Below, piece after piece: positions 1 to 10,593 of a stretch of DNA of 64,000 nucleotides (its first letter is position 1; the number at the start of each line of letters is the position of its first letter). The notes under the pieces are model-generated. The model was not told where the DNA came from. It worked only from the letters and a program-made list of their open reading frames with translations, and searched no databases. The DNA comes from an uncultured bacterium (GTDB lineage Bacteria > Armatimonadota > Abditibacteriia > Abditibacteriales > Abditibacteriaceae), in NCBI GenBank assembly GCA_963843795.1, contig CAWJLW010000006.1:2418001-2482000 (forward strand), written 5' to 3'. A program made the translations under genes and the position numbers.

Positions 1-3000
1 ATGACTTCCAGATCGACCTGAGTTGGCACACCCGCAAAGCTGAAGCGGCCACCGGAATCGGTTGTAGTCACTTTGACAAAACGCCCGCCGCTGGGGAACT
101 GCGAAGTGGGCAACAATTCGGTTATCGAGCGCACCAGAACGCGCACACCAAAGAGCGGTGTATCATCGCGGCGGTCGGCAAATGTACCGTTACTCTGCGT
201 CGCCACACCCGAAATCGAGGACAATGGTGCCGGATTCACACGGAAGTTGGCCGTAGATTGACGAGGGCCAAGGATGAAGATGCCCTGAGGATCACCAGAA
301 AACGAGCCAACATAACCCGGATTGAGAGAATTGCCATTGGCATCGACCGCGGGACGAGCTACGTAGCCACCCGATTGGAAGCTCGAAGGCAGACCCAGAA
401 GTTCATAAGTGCCAATGTTGCTCTGCTGACTGCTGGTGCGGACATAGTAAGGCCCACCTGGCCCATCAATTCGCAGCAAGAAATTGGGAATCGGATCGCC
501 AGTAGCGTTGTTGCGCACCAAACCACGAACGCTACCAGTTTTGAAATAGTAGCGCATCTGATCGGCCAGCTCGGCGCGCGCACCTAACCGTGTGCCCAAG
601 GAACGGGAACCCACAGGAGTTTGCACGGCGTTTTCAATTGTGTAACGACGATTGATGCCATCGAAGTTAAAGCCGAAAAAGACAACGCGCGATTGGAAAT
701 TATTGAGGCGCGCGTCGTGTTCGATGCGCTGACCAACTGGGGTGCCATCAATATTGTAAGCAGGCAGCACACGCCCGTTGGTGATGGTTGTTGGAGCAAA
801 GCCATCGGTTCCTGCAGTGCCTGGATCGTCATAAGGCCCAACTTCAGCAACACCATTGGATTCGCCCGCGTTATTGCCATCGAGATAAGAGTTAGTCGCT
901 CTTTCTGATGTTGCAATGGGCGGAACTGGCCGATACGGCATCTGAATGCTATTGTCGGCAGCACCGACATTAAGCTCGAAACTGTTAGCTGATGGCGCAA
1001 GCGCCTGAACCGGGGAAATAAAGTCACCAGCATAGTTGGCACCCAGTTCGTTGTTTAAAAACGTATTGGTTTGCGTGCGATTCCCCGTTAGCGAAAAAGC
1101 AATGGAACGACCAGCGAGAAACAGGCGACCACCACGATTCAGGAAATTGGTCAAGTCGAGTTGCGTTTGAGTATCGACAATGGTCCCAGGGCCGACTGTA
1201 ACCAACCCAGCATAAGGCGCGCCCCAGATAATTGCCGAATTAGCAACCGGCAAACTTCGCGTTAAGGCCGGATTAGTGGGATTTGCTGGATCAATCTGCA
1301 GGGTCTGCGTGGGCGCATACAACAACATCACGTTGAACGGTACGGGGCCACGGGACAAAATGCGCCAAACATCCACTGTTGCCGGATCGAAGGACGAAGC
1401 GCGCGGTTGTGCTCCGCCCACGATACCACCGGGCATCGTCAAGTAATAATTTTCTACTGGTGGCGCGTTGAAGAAACGCGGCTGGCCCGAAGTGGCAGGG
1501 AAATTTTGCCCCTGCATATAATCCGAAACGAACAAGTCGTTGGTGGGGCTTGCTTTACTGAACGCCTGGTTGGTAAAGCCCCAGATGTTGTCGAAATTGA
1601 AAGTATTACCAGCGACATCAGTCAGTTGAATATCGAAATAATAATCTGTAACGTTCGGCGGCGTATAGCGCCCTTCCACATAATAAATGCCATCGCCCGC
1701 AACGGCACCGGCCTGACGTTCTGGCGGCGAACCATCGGTTGGATTGGGGCCAGCATCTGTGATAATCGAAATGCCATCCGTGTTCGGCGCAGCCAAGTTA
1801 CTAGCAGTAGCAAATAGTGCCCCGATGGGATTGGGTTTAATCTGCTTGAAAGTTTGGACAGGAATGTTCTCATTGACATTGCTCACGCCAGTGGCGTCAG
1901 AAGGAGTCGATGGATTAAAGACGTTAGGGCGGTTGGTAGCATCAAAGATACGAATCGCCACCGAGTTGAGGCCACTTTCACGTTCGTCCACAACAAAGGC
2001 GATACGCACTGGAGTGCCAGGCAACAGGCCCGCTTCAGCCGTACGCGGCGAAGGCAGATTGGCAGGCGCTTGAGGGCCGGGAGCCAAAACAGGGAAACGC
2101 GCATTGCCGCTGGACACCTGCACCAAGATTGGCGCGGTAAAATCTTGCGAAGCGGTAACCCAAATATCGTGGCTACCACCAACGCCACCATAGGGATTAG
2201 AAACGATGGGTCGCGTATCAATCGAGCCATCAGGATTAGGCCGGCTACCAGGAATGGCCGCTGTACGTCGCTGCGAAGAAAATGCTAACTGGGCCACATT
2301 GTTCTGCGAAGAAACCGAACGAGAAAAGCCCGGTTCTACATCTTCGACCACGTCTTGCCCTAAAGCCTGACCCGAAGCATCGGTCGAGGGCAGACGGCTC
2401 GCTGTGAAGGCACCAGGCGACGAAATGCGATTCGATTCAAGTTGCGCAATGTTGCCAGCGCGTTCGGGAATCAGCGGCGGCGGCGGAACCGGCGTCGGAG
2501 TGGCAGGCGGCGGATTGAGAATGTTCGGATCGGTCGCAGATGGGTTGAAGGTCAAATACGAGGGGCCACTCACGTTGAAGGTGGCAAAAGTTGCTCCTGC
2601 ACGTCCCGGCGCAGGGAATGCGCCACCCGGCGAGCCTACTGTTGTGTTTGGACCACGAAAACGCAAAACGCGGTCGCCGGAACCAGCTACCCCACCGAAA
2701 CTATTGAAGCTGCTGACGTATAGGTCACCATTAGCTCCTGTTCCGGGTCCGAAAACTAAACCTTCTGGTGCGTCTAAACCGAACACCGTTCCGTTGTTGT
2801 CATTGACAAAGATATCAATAAAAGCGCCGGTCGTACCATTATAACGCACAATATCATCGTTGCCGCTGCTACTGACATACAAGTTTCCGTCTGGCCCAAA
2901 GCCTAAGCCTGTCGGAACCTGTAAAACACCACCCGTGGCAAAATTCGCGGTTACCACACCGCCTTGATTATCAAACTTGACAATCTTGTTATCGCTAACA

Positions 3001-4925
3001 GCACTCACATATAAGTTGCCAGCACCATCAAAAGCAATGCCCTCTATGCCATTGGTTATACCGCCGGCCGTAGAATTGGTGAAATCACCATTGTTACCGA
3101 CAGGAGCCCCAGTAACAGCGTTGAAAGCCTTCACATTGTTTGTGCCCCCAGTGCCGCTACCAACATAGATGTTACCGTTGCGAAAAGCTAAAGCGGTGGG
3201 CTGGGCCAATCCGTTACCAATAAAAATCGTTGGATTAACGACACTGCCGCCGATACCAAAAGGCTGTCCAGAGCGACCATCATAACGCTCGACACGATTA
3301 AGCGAACGATTACTGACATACGCTTCGGGATAGCCGTCGTTGTTGGCATCCGCACCATAAACGATGCCTTCGAGCTTATTGGTATTGGCACCCGCTGCAT
3401 TGGTTGCGTTGGTGTCGATGAAATTACCGGTAGCATCACCATTGGGATTACCGTTAAGATCGAAAGTTTTGACTTGACCACCAGTAGTGGTGGAAGCGGC
3501 ATCGGGAGCAGCAACACCAAAGTTATTGACATTCAACGAAGCTGGCGGAGGAGGCAATGGCGTATTAGTCGGCACCGGAGTCGGTGTCGCTTGTGTACTG
3601 AAATTGACCGACCACACGTTAAGATCACGTGTATTATCGGAGGAATCAATTAAGCTGTCAGATTGAAAACCGACGCGTTCTTGAAAATTACCCTGATTCA
3701 AAGAAGGCGCCGGGTAATCATCGTTGTCGGTAGCGGCACCAGAGGGACGTGCAGTAGGATTGGTAATCTGGCGCTTGCTGTTGCCATCGCCATTCATCAG
3801 CCAGATACGGCGCGCGTTGTTGCCGCTGCTATTCGTGCGATTGGAAGAAAAATAAACTTGCGTCGAAGGCGTAATCAACGAAAACGCCGGATTGAGGTTG
3901 GAAGCCGTGCGATCAGCAGCGTTGATTTCCCGAACGCCACCAGTCAAACGGCGTAAGTTCTGGCCGGTCTGCGTGATCTGAAAAATATCGGCATTACCAC
4001 TGGTATCCAGCGCGTCGTTGTCCAAGTTGCCGGTATGCGAAAAAGCAATCGAAGACGTGGCGCCGCCCCAATTAGGGCCATTAATCTGACCGGACTGAAA
4101 GTTTGTAATTTGCTCAATACTACTGCTACTTAAAGTCAGCACGAACAGGTTGCCCGCTTTTGTGGTGTCTTCGGTAACCACACCATCGGCGTTGATAGAT
4201 TTGCGCAAACCGTTAGCGGCGAAAACCACAAAGTTACCATCCGGCGAAAACGCGGGATGGTCTTGATCAAAGTTCACATCGGCAAAAGGCCCGGTCGTCG
4301 TCAAACCGGTAATCTGGCGCTGCTGGCTTCCATCGCGGTTCATAATCCAAATATGGTATTTGGAACCCGCGCTAAATCCAGTGGTATCCAAACGCCCATC
4401 ACCATTGGCATCGACACCGTTGGATTTGAAAACAATGAACGCGCCTGTCGGACTATACGAGGGTTGGCGTTCGTCGCTTTGTGTGCCGGGCGTAATGTTG
4501 CTTTCGGTGAGCGCAAATCGCTTGGCCGAAAAACCACTTGACGCGGCCCGCTGACGAGCCGCTGCCGCGCGTACAATGCCTTCCAAATCGTTGGAAGAAA
4601 CTTGGCTACTGGCCGATGCACCAGAAGCGGCCGGCTTGGCCGCTTCTTTCTGCGTGCCCTGTGCCGAAACCCACCATGCCGACAGCAAAACAGCCATCAC
4701 CAAAGTCGTGGCCAACGCGCGCGGATGCGCAAACGCAGCCCGACGCGACGCGCTGTGACGTGACGCGCCCTGCGGCGAGGCACCTTTTTTCTGGCGCGCA
4801 CCGCGATTGCGCGGCGGCACTTCGTTATATTGCGCCGATAGATTCTCTGCGGATGAACCGCTGAAGATCCGGCATAACAACTCTGCAAATGGTGAGTTTT
4901 TCATAAAAGCCCTTTTCGACATCAT
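1..4925 (-). CDS. Large secreted/surface multidomain protein (TolB-like PD40 repeats, Pro/Thr linkers, NHL/Vgb-like beta-propeller, carboxypeptidase-regulatory-like Ig folds); 3' end lies outside the window
   Basis: Not in the ORF track because it has no stop in the window. ATG ATG at 4925/4922 follows GAGAAGG. The same frame reads ...DERQPSYSPTGAFIVFKSNG...YHIWIMNRDGSQQRQIT (PD40-like), later DGNLYVSSSGNDDIVRYNGTTGAFIDIF (propeller), and at the window edge FVKVTTTDSGGRFSFAGVP. Frame checked at both ends and in parts, not at every codon. Confidence 0.8.
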   Translation of the reverse strand, partial: MMSKRAFMKNSPFAELLCRIFSGSSAENLSAQYNEVPPRNRGARQKKGASPQGASRHSASRRAAFAHPRALATTLVMAVLLSAWWVSAQGTQKEAAKPAASGASASSQVSSNDLEGIVRAAAARQRAASSGFSAKRFALTESNITPGTQSDERQPSYSPTGAFIVFKSNGVDANGDGRLDTTGFSAGSKYHIWIMNRDGSQQRQITGLTTTGPFADVNFDQDHPAFSPDGNFVVFAANGLRKSINADGVVTEDTTKAGNLFVLTLSSSSIEQITNFQSGQINGPNWGGATSSIAFSHTGNLDNDALDTSGNADIFQITQTGQNLRRLTGGVREINAADRTASNLNPAFSLITPSTQVYFSSNRTNSSGNNARRIWLMNGDGNSKRQITNPTARPSGAATDNDDYPAPSLNQGNFQERVGFQSDSLIDSSDNTRDLNVWSVNFSTQATPTPVPTNTPLPPPPASLNVNNFGVAAPDAASTTTGGQVKTFDLNGNPNGDATGNFIDTNATNAAGANTNKLEGIVYGADANNDGYPEAYVSNRSLNRVERYDGRSGQPFGIGGSVVNPTIFIGNGLAQPTALAFRNGNIYVGSGTGGTNNVKAFNAVTGAPVGNNGDFTNSTAGGITNGIEGIAFDGAGNLYVSAVSDNKIVKFDNQGGVVTANFATGGVLQVPTGLGFGPDGNLYVSSSGNDDIVRYNGTTGAFIDIFVNDNNGTVFGLDAPEGLVFGPGTGANGDLYVSSFNSFGGVAGSGDRVLRFRGPNTTVGSPGGAFPAPGRAGATFATFNVSGPSYLTFNPSATDPNILNPPPATPTPVPPPPLIPERAGNIAQLESNRISSPGAFTASRLPSTDASGQALGQDVVEDVEPGFSRSVSSQNNVAQLAFSSQRRTAAIPGSRPNPDGSIDTRPIVSNPYGGVGGSHDIWVTASQDFTAPILVQVSSGNARFPVLAPGPQAPANLPSPRTAEAGLLPGTPVRIAFVVDERESGLNSVAIRIFDATNRPNVFNPSTPSDATGVSNVNENIPVQTFKQIKPNPIGALFATASNLAAPNTDGISIITDAGPNPTDGSPPERQAGAVAGDGIYYVEGRYTPPNVTDYYFDIQLTDVAGNTFNFDNIWGFTNQAFSKASPTNDLFVSDYMQGQNFPATSGQPRFFNAPPVENYYLTMPGGIVGGAQPRASSFDPATVDVWRILSRGPVPFNVMLLYAPTQTLQIDPANPTNPALTRSLPVANSAIIWGAPYAGLVTVGPGTIVDTQTQLDLTNFLNRGGRLFLAGRSIAFSLTGNRTQTNTFLNNELGANYAGDFISPVQALAPSANSFELNVGAADNSIQMPYRPVPPIATSERATNSYLDGNNAGESNGVAEVGPYDDPGTAGTDGFAPTTITNGRVLPAYNIDGTPVGQRIEHDARLNNFQSRVVFFGFNFDGINRRYTIENAVQTPVGSRSLGTRLGARAELADQMRYYFKTGSVRGLVRNNATGDPIPNFLLRIDGPGGPYYVRTSSQQSNIGTYELLGLPSSFQSGGYVARPAVDANGNSLNPGYVGSFSGDPQGIFILGPRQSTANFRVNPAPLSSISGVATQSNGTFADRRDDTPLFGVRVLVRSITELLPTSQFPSGGRFVKVTTTDSGGRFSFAGVPTQVDLEV

Positions 4926-5649
4926 ACCTTCTCGTTCGTTCTCAGTGCACAATTCGCGGCTTGTTTTTCACGAAGCGCACAACAAACGAGACAACTGGCA
5001 ACGGCATCTTCAACAATATGCCATCACCTAAATCTGATTCTTACACTGTTGCCCTGCTGGGCCCTGCAAGTACTTGCGAGAGCATTTTCGACATCCTAAG
5101 CATTACGCGTGCGTTCCATGATGCGGAAAAACACTCTGCAAGTACTTGCAGAGCGTTGGCGACTTCAATAATTCCCAGCACAGCGACGCTGTCATAAGAT
5201 ATTGTGAAATTGGAACTTCCACTATACATCAAAACGTCTCAAAAAAGCTACTGATGACACATTTCAGTGTGACATAAGACTGTGTTTATAAACCTTTATT
5301 TAATTACCCGACTAAAGGTTTTCCCAAACCTGATGACGTTTTGATTCGCGCACAGCAAAATAAATCACAAAACGGCTACAGCGGCAATACAGCGCCCTTT
5401 TCGACCACATCCCACAAAAAAAAGTTCCACCAGTCCACAGCAAAGAAAAATCAGTTTTGACATTCGCTGCACCTTTTGACCAAAGTTCCAAAAAGTGATT
5501 GTCGCAAACCACAACAGCGTTTTCGACGTAATGAAAAACGAAGAAAACGCTGTTGTCTGAGACTGCTATGGCCTGATTAATCCTGCGGAATTGTGTTTAG
5601 AAGAGAAATGTCACCAAAAGCCGCACTCTAAATCGGAAGTTCGCAATTC

Positions 5650-5688
5650 AACCACTGCAGGTACTTGTAGCAAGTACTTGCAGTGGTT
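5650..5688. terminator. Inverted repeat with a doubled palindrome core just downstream of rpsA
   Basis: AACCACTGCA...TGCAGTGGTT enclosing GCAGGTACTTGT and GCAAGTACTTGC, 10 nt past the rpsA stop. Confidence 0.6.
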
Positions 5689-5698
5689 AAATCCAAAT

Positions 5699-7339
5699 TT
5701 AGACCGCTGTTTCGTCGGTGTTTTCGGCATCGCTGTCAGTAGCTGTATCGGCATCGGCGACATTGTCGTCGTCCACACCGTTGCTGGCATCGATCACGCC
5801 GATGTTTTCATCTTCGCTGATATCGCTGCCGCTCAAAGCATCGACATCTCCACCCCACTCTTCTTCTTCGGCAGCTTGTAACGCACGTTCCTGCGCATCG
5901 CGACGGGCTACGGCGCGGGCTTCGTTGCGTTCGCGGCCACGATCACGCGCGGCGCGCAACTGTTGACCGAACACATCGCCCAATCGCAGCGCACCACCAT
6001 CATCGCCGCCACTATCGCCACGTCCACCGCCGCCACCAGTGGCGCGCTCGTTGACTTGGCGCATCGTGCTGCGCGTTTCGCGACGTTCGCGTTCGGCAAC
6101 CGCAGCGCGCAAGCTCAAAGTTACACGACGCTGATTCGGCTGCAACTGCTTGATGCGCGCCTCGATTTCCTGCCCGACTTCGAGCACGTCTTCCGGTTTG
6201 TTGATGCGCACTTCGCTCATCTCGGAAATCGGGATAATGCCTTCGATCCCTTCGGCAATTTCCATGAAGGCACAAGTCGGCGCAATGCGCAGAATCTTGC
6301 CGGTCACGGTCTGGCCAACGGTGAAGTCTTTGGCGACTTTCTTCCAAGGATCGCTTTGCAACTGCTTCAGGCCCAAAGCGACGCGCTCGCGTTCCTGATC
6401 GATGTCCAGAACCAGAACTTGCAGTTTCTGGCCTTTCTTGACTACGTTTTCGGGATGATCGACGCGGCTCCACGCCATTTCGCGCACATGAAGCAAACCA
6501 TCCACGCCGCCCAAATCAATGAACGCACCGAAATCGGTAATGCGGCGCACGATACCCTCGACGATTTTGTCTTTTTCCAGCGCGTTCCAGGTTTCGGTTT
6601 TGCGCGCCTTGCGATCGTCTTCAGTTGCCAGACGGTGCGAAGCGATGACCTTGTTTTTCTTGCGGTCAATTTCGATCACGCGAACCGGAATCGTGCGACC
6701 AACAAACCGCGACAAATCGCCGCGATTGCGCGCATCGACATGGCTCGCCGGCACAAACGCCGACACGCCCAGATCGACAATGAGGCCGCCCTTGACTTGT
6801 TCGCGAACGGTGCCTTCGACGTTGATATTCTCGTCACGCATACGGGCCAGTTCGCGCCAGCGGCGCTCAAAGTCAGCGCGACGCTTGGAAAGAACGGGAT
6901 GACCGTCGTCATTTTCGGGACGCAAGACCACGACTTCGATTTCGTCGCCAACGTTAATTTCGTCGTCGCCGACTTCGTTTTTGGCGATAACGCCTTCGCT
7001 TTTGGTCCCGACATCAACCAGCATTTCGCCAGTGTTATCGTCGATACGAACCACGACACCCGACAAAAGCGCGCCACGCTCAAGAGCTTCGGCACCGCTG
7101 ATGTAAGAGCTGAACTCGTCGGATTCCATGATTTGTTCCATGGAAGGTTGACGCGTCGGCTTCTTTTCTTCGGCGGGCGCTTGCGCAGCAGGAGCTTCTG
7201 CGGCGGGTGCGGTTTCGGTTGGCGTGGACTGGGCTTCGGCCTGCGGTTCGATTGCGGCGTTTTCGGTTGCGGGGCTGCTGGGGGTGTTGTCGGTGACGTT
7301 AGCGTCTTCCGACTGGGAGTTCTCAATTTGAGTATCCAC
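5699..7339 (-). CDS. rpsA: 30S ribosomal protein S1 (four S1 domains, acidic N- and C-terminal extensions)
   Basis: S1 repeats (VDVGTKSEGVI, KGGLIVDLGVSAFVPASHV, ITDFGAFIDLGGVDGLLHV). GTG start at 7339 after GAAGGAG. Confidence 0.93.
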   Translation of the reverse strand: MDTQIENSQSEDANVTDNTPSSPATENAAIEPQAEAQSTPTETAPAAEAPAAQAPAEEKKPTRQPSMEQIMESDEFSSYISGAEALERGALLSGVVVRIDDNTGEMLVDVGTKSEGVIAKNEVGDDEINVGDEIEVVVLRPENDDGHPVLSKRRADFERRWRELARMRDENINVEGTVREQVKGGLIVDLGVSAFVPASHVDARNRGDLSRFVGRTIPVRVIEIDRKKNKVIASHRLATEDDRKARKTETWNALEKDKIVEGIVRRITDFGAFIDLGGVDGLLHVREMAWSRVDHPENVVKKGQKLQVLVLDIDQERERVALGLKQLQSDPWKKVAKDFTVGQTVTGKILRIAPTCAFMEIAEGIEGIIPISEMSEVRINKPEDVLEVGQEIEARIKQLQPNQRRVTLSLRAAVAERERRETRSTMRQVNERATGGGGGRGDSGGDDGGALRLGDVFGQQLRAARDRGRERNEARAVARRDAQERALQAAEEEEWGGDVDALSGSDISEDENIGVIDASNGVDDDNVADADTATDSDAENTDETAV

Positions 7340-7597
7340 TGCAATTCTCCTTCGATTGCCGGGCTTGATCCCGAACAATCCGGTCCCTTGTACTTCGTCT
7401 ATCGTTATTAAACCCAGATTAAACTTGCGCGAAATTTTACTTTCGCTGGTAATCGCGTGGTATTTTCGACATTATCGAAGACGACATCAATACGGCGCAC
7501 CGACTTTGAAAGCGCGGCGTCCGCAGCGGGGACGACAATGGAGAAAATGGGATTGTCAAGCGTTGGGTGCGGTGTGATCGGCGAGGAAACCGATACC

Positions 7598-7626
7598 ATT
7601 ATAACAAACCACCTTCGGCCTCGCAA
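7598..7626 (-). promoter_or_regulatory. Putative sigma70 promoter for rpsA
   Basis: Minus strand TTGCGA-N17-TATAAT, about 260 nt upstream of the rpsA start. Confidence 0.55.
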
Positions 7627-7677
7627 CGCATGACTTCGCAGTTTTCTAACGCCTGCTTATCTTTTCGATACCCTCAA

Positions 7678-7705
7678 AACGCGCTGCAAGTACTTGCAGC
7701 GCGTT
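7678..7705. repeat. 28-bp perfect palindrome centred on the iterated core, downstream of polA
   Basis: AACGCGCTGCAAGT|ACTTGCAGCGCGTT. Confidence 0.85.
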
Positions 7706-7812
7706 GGTTTGGACCAGTTACATAAATTGGTGTCGTTGCGAGCAAGCTAAAAGATTGTTGCAATGACGCCAGCAGCAAATGTGCGATGAGGAAAGCTGTC
7801 CCTGCCTGATTT

Positions 7813-10593
7813 TCAGCCCGTCAGTTCTTCAAAATCAATCTCATCTTCAACATCGCCACTGACCGGATCGGTTTCGTCCCAGTTCGGCCCGATTTCGACA
7901 TCAACTTCTAAGGGCACACGCAATTCCAGCGCGCGCGTCGGCACTTCACGCATCAAACGTCCGACCAGTTCGCTCACGGCTTCAATTTCGTCATCTGGCA
8001 CTTCGAAAACCAGTTCGTCGTGAACTTGCATCGTTATGCGCGTTTTGAGTTTTTTCGCGCGCAGTTCATCGGCAATCGCCAGCATCGCCAGTTTCATGGC
8101 GTCAGCCGAAGTGCCTTGAATCGGATGATTAATCGCGGTGCGTTCGGCGGCGGCGCGTTCGACGGCGCGCGGCGAAACGATTTCCGGAACCGGACGGCGG
8201 CGGCCCAAGAGCGTTTGCACCCAGCCATCGACGCGCGCTTGTTGCATCGTATCGTCGATATATTTCTTCACGCCGGGCAAAGCCACGAAATATTGTTTGA
8301 TAAATTCTTGCGCTTCGCCCGCCGTCCCGCTGCCCAACTGCTTGGCCAGACCAAAGCCCGACACGCCATAAGCAATGGCGTAGTTAGTCATTTTGGCTTT
8401 GCGCCGCATTTCTTTATCGACATTTTCCAGCGCAATACCGAATAAATCGGCGGCGGTGCGCGCGTGAACGTCCTGACCAGTTTGGAAAGCTTCTACCAAG
8501 GTCGCATCGCCCGTAATATGCGCTAAAATGCGCAATTCAATCTGCGAATAATCGGCAGCGAGCAAAACGTGGCCGGGCGGCGCGATGAATGCCCGACGAA
8601 TCTGGCGGCCCTGCGCGGTGCGAATCGGCACGTTTTGCAAGTTCGGATTGCTTGAACTCAAACGACCCGAAACTGTGCCGGTCTGATTCAAGTTGGTGTG
8701 AATGCGTTGCGCATCATCCATTGCGGACAACAGTGCATCGACATAAGTACTTTTGAGTTTGGTCAGGCCACGATAATCGAGAATTTTGCGCACGATTTCG
8801 TTGTCTTCGGCCAAACGTTCCAGCGTGTGAACGTCGGTCGAATAGCCGGTTTTTATTTTGCGGCCCGCTGACAATTTCAAATCTTCATATAACACGACCT
8901 GCAATTGTTTGGTCGAGCCAACATTGAATTCTTTGCCTGCCAGATTCCAGATTTCGCGCTGCAAACGTTCGATGTCTTGCGTTAATTGCGCGTCCAATTT
9001 TTCCAGTTGCGCGCGGTCGAGCTGCATGCCGCACTGCTCCATTCCCACGAGAACGTCAATCAATGGCAGCTCGATTTCTTCCAACAATTTCCACGCAGCG
9101 GTTTCGCTCATTTCCTGTTTGAGAATTGGCTGCAAATCCCAAACGGCAATCGCGTTGGCGGCAAGCACTTGCAGATGTTGTTCACGCAGGTTGTCTGCAA
9201 GTTCGCGCTCGGCTGCCTCTTCTTCCTCATCTTCAAACAACGACTTATCTTTCGATTTATTGGCTTTTTTCTTCGGCACTTCCATTTCGACTGGCAAAGT
9301 GCGTCCCAAGTACTTGAGAGCCAATTTATCAATCGGCTGCTGCGCTTTGGAAGGCTCCAGCAAATACCCCATCAAAAACGTGTCGGCGACGATTCCTTTG
9401 ACAGACACGCTGCGCGCGGCCATCTGCAGCTTTAAATTTTTCGCATCGTGCGCGATTTTAGGCGCGTCGCTTTCCAGCCACGATAATTGCGCGACATCGC
9501 CGTGGTAAATTTTCACTTCATCGCCGCGCGCTAAAATCAAACGCGCAGCATCTTCGTTTTCTTCCCACAAAGTGGCAACGGGTTCACCCGAACTTTGCAG
9601 CCATTGGCTCAATTTCTCCCCATTTTCGACATTGGCCATTGAAAAATTGCGTGCTTGAGTTTCGGGCGCGGCCATATCGCGTCGCGCCGCTGTACTGGTG
9701 GGCGTGCTGGGAACTTGCGAAGCATCATCGCTGTAGCGCGCGGCCAAACTGCGAAATTCGTAGCGGCGCATGGTTTCCAACGCACGCTTTTTGGCCTCGT
9801 CATCGAAATTGTAACGACAAAATTCGAGGTCGATTTCTATCGGCAAATCGCGCACAATGGTCGCCATTTGGCGCGAATGAAAGGCAGTTTCACGATGTTC
9901 GGTTAGCAACTTCTGAATACGAGGAGGCTTGACGTTTTCGAGATTGGCGTAAATCGCGTCCAAATCGCCATGTTCGGAAATCAGCGCGATGGCAGTTTTG
10001 TCACCGATGCCGGGAACTCCGGGAATGTTATCCGAACTGTCGCCGCGTAAGCCTTTGTAATCGCGCATCAGCGGAGGCGCAAATTGATAACGTTTTTGTA
10101 CGGTCTGCGGCGTGTAGGCTTCCAGATCGGAAACACCGCGCCGCGTCAGCATGGTACAAACGTGCTCATCAACCAGTTGCAGCGCATCGCCATCGCCAGT
10201 GACAATGACGACTTCCATTTCCTCGTCGGCATCGCACGCCATTCTCGAGAGTGTGCCGATAATATCGTCGGCCTCGAAACCAGCGTGTTCGTAAAACGGA
10301 ATCGATAAACCGGGCAACATTTCGCGGATAGCTTTAGTTTGAGAACGTAATTCATCGGGCATATCGGCACGACCAGCTTTATAAGTCGCATCGGCATCGT
10401 GACGAAATGTAGGGCCGTGTGCGTCCAATGCGACCAGAACGTGCGTTGGCTGCATTTCGTCGAGCAAGCTCAAAGCCATTTTGCTGAAGCCGAAAAGCGC
10501 GCCGGTCGGCTCGCCAGCTTTGGTGCTAAAAGGCGGACTGGAGAAAAAAGCGCGATAAAGCAGCGAATAGCCGTCGATTAAAAGCAGTTTCAT
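7813..10593 (-). CDS. polA: DNA polymerase I
   Basis: 5'-3' exonuclease N-terminus (LLLIDGYSLLYRAF, GDSSDNIPGVPGIGDKTA), polymerase motifs ADYSQIELRILAH, RRKAKMTNYAIAYG, QVHDELVFE. Confidence 0.97.
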   Translation of the reverse strand: MKLLLIDGYSLLYRAFFSSPPFSTKAGEPTGALFGFSKMALSLLDEMQPTHVLVALDAHGPTFRHDADATYKAGRADMPDELRSQTKAIREMLPGLSIPFYEHAGFEADDIIGTLSRMACDADEEMEVVIVTGDGDALQLVDEHVCTMLTRRGVSDLEAYTPQTVQKRYQFAPPLMRDYKGLRGDSSDNIPGVPGIGDKTAIALISEHGDLDAIYANLENVKPPRIQKLLTEHRETAFHSRQMATIVRDLPIEIDLEFCRYNFDDEAKKRALETMRRYEFRSLAARYSDDASQVPSTPTSTAARRDMAAPETQARNFSMANVENGEKLSQWLQSSGEPVATLWEENEDAARLILARGDEVKIYHGDVAQLSWLESDAPKIAHDAKNLKLQMAARSVSVKGIVADTFLMGYLLEPSKAQQPIDKLALKYLGRTLPVEMEVPKKKANKSKDKSLFEDEEEEAAERELADNLREQHLQVLAANAIAVWDLQPILKQEMSETAAWKLLEEIELPLIDVLVGMEQCGMQLDRAQLEKLDAQLTQDIERLQREIWNLAGKEFNVGSTKQLQVVLYEDLKLSAGRKIKTGYSTDVHTLERLAEDNEIVRKILDYRGLTKLKSTYVDALLSAMDDAQRIHTNLNQTGTVSGRLSSSNPNLQNVPIRTAQGRQIRRAFIAPPGHVLLAADYSQIELRILAHITGDATLVEAFQTGQDVHARTAADLFGIALENVDKEMRRKAKMTNYAIAYGVSGFGLAKQLGSGTAGEAQEFIKQYFVALPGVKKYIDDTMQQARVDGWVQTLLGRRRPVPEIVSPRAVERAAAERTAINHPIQGTSADAMKLAMLAIADELRAKKLKTRITMQVHDELVFEVPDDEIEAVSELVGRLMREVPTRALELRVPLEVDVEIGPNWDETDPVSGDVEDEIDFEELTG

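Noticed and set aside
73..4888. Many short ORFs listed in the first 5 kb
   Set aside because: They overlap the single long minus-strand frame that runs off the window edge.
5963..7411. 482-aa plus-strand ORF
   Set aside because: Antisense shadow of rpsA with no recognisable motifs.
9307..9316. Shorter partial matches such as CAAGTACTTG (9307) and AAGTACTT (near 8745 and 45658)
   Set aside because: Too short or too divergent to separate from chance; excluded from the counts.
9120..9640. Degenerate 3'-5' exonuclease domain in PolA
   Set aside because: Loss of proofreading residues is common in PolA of many phyla.
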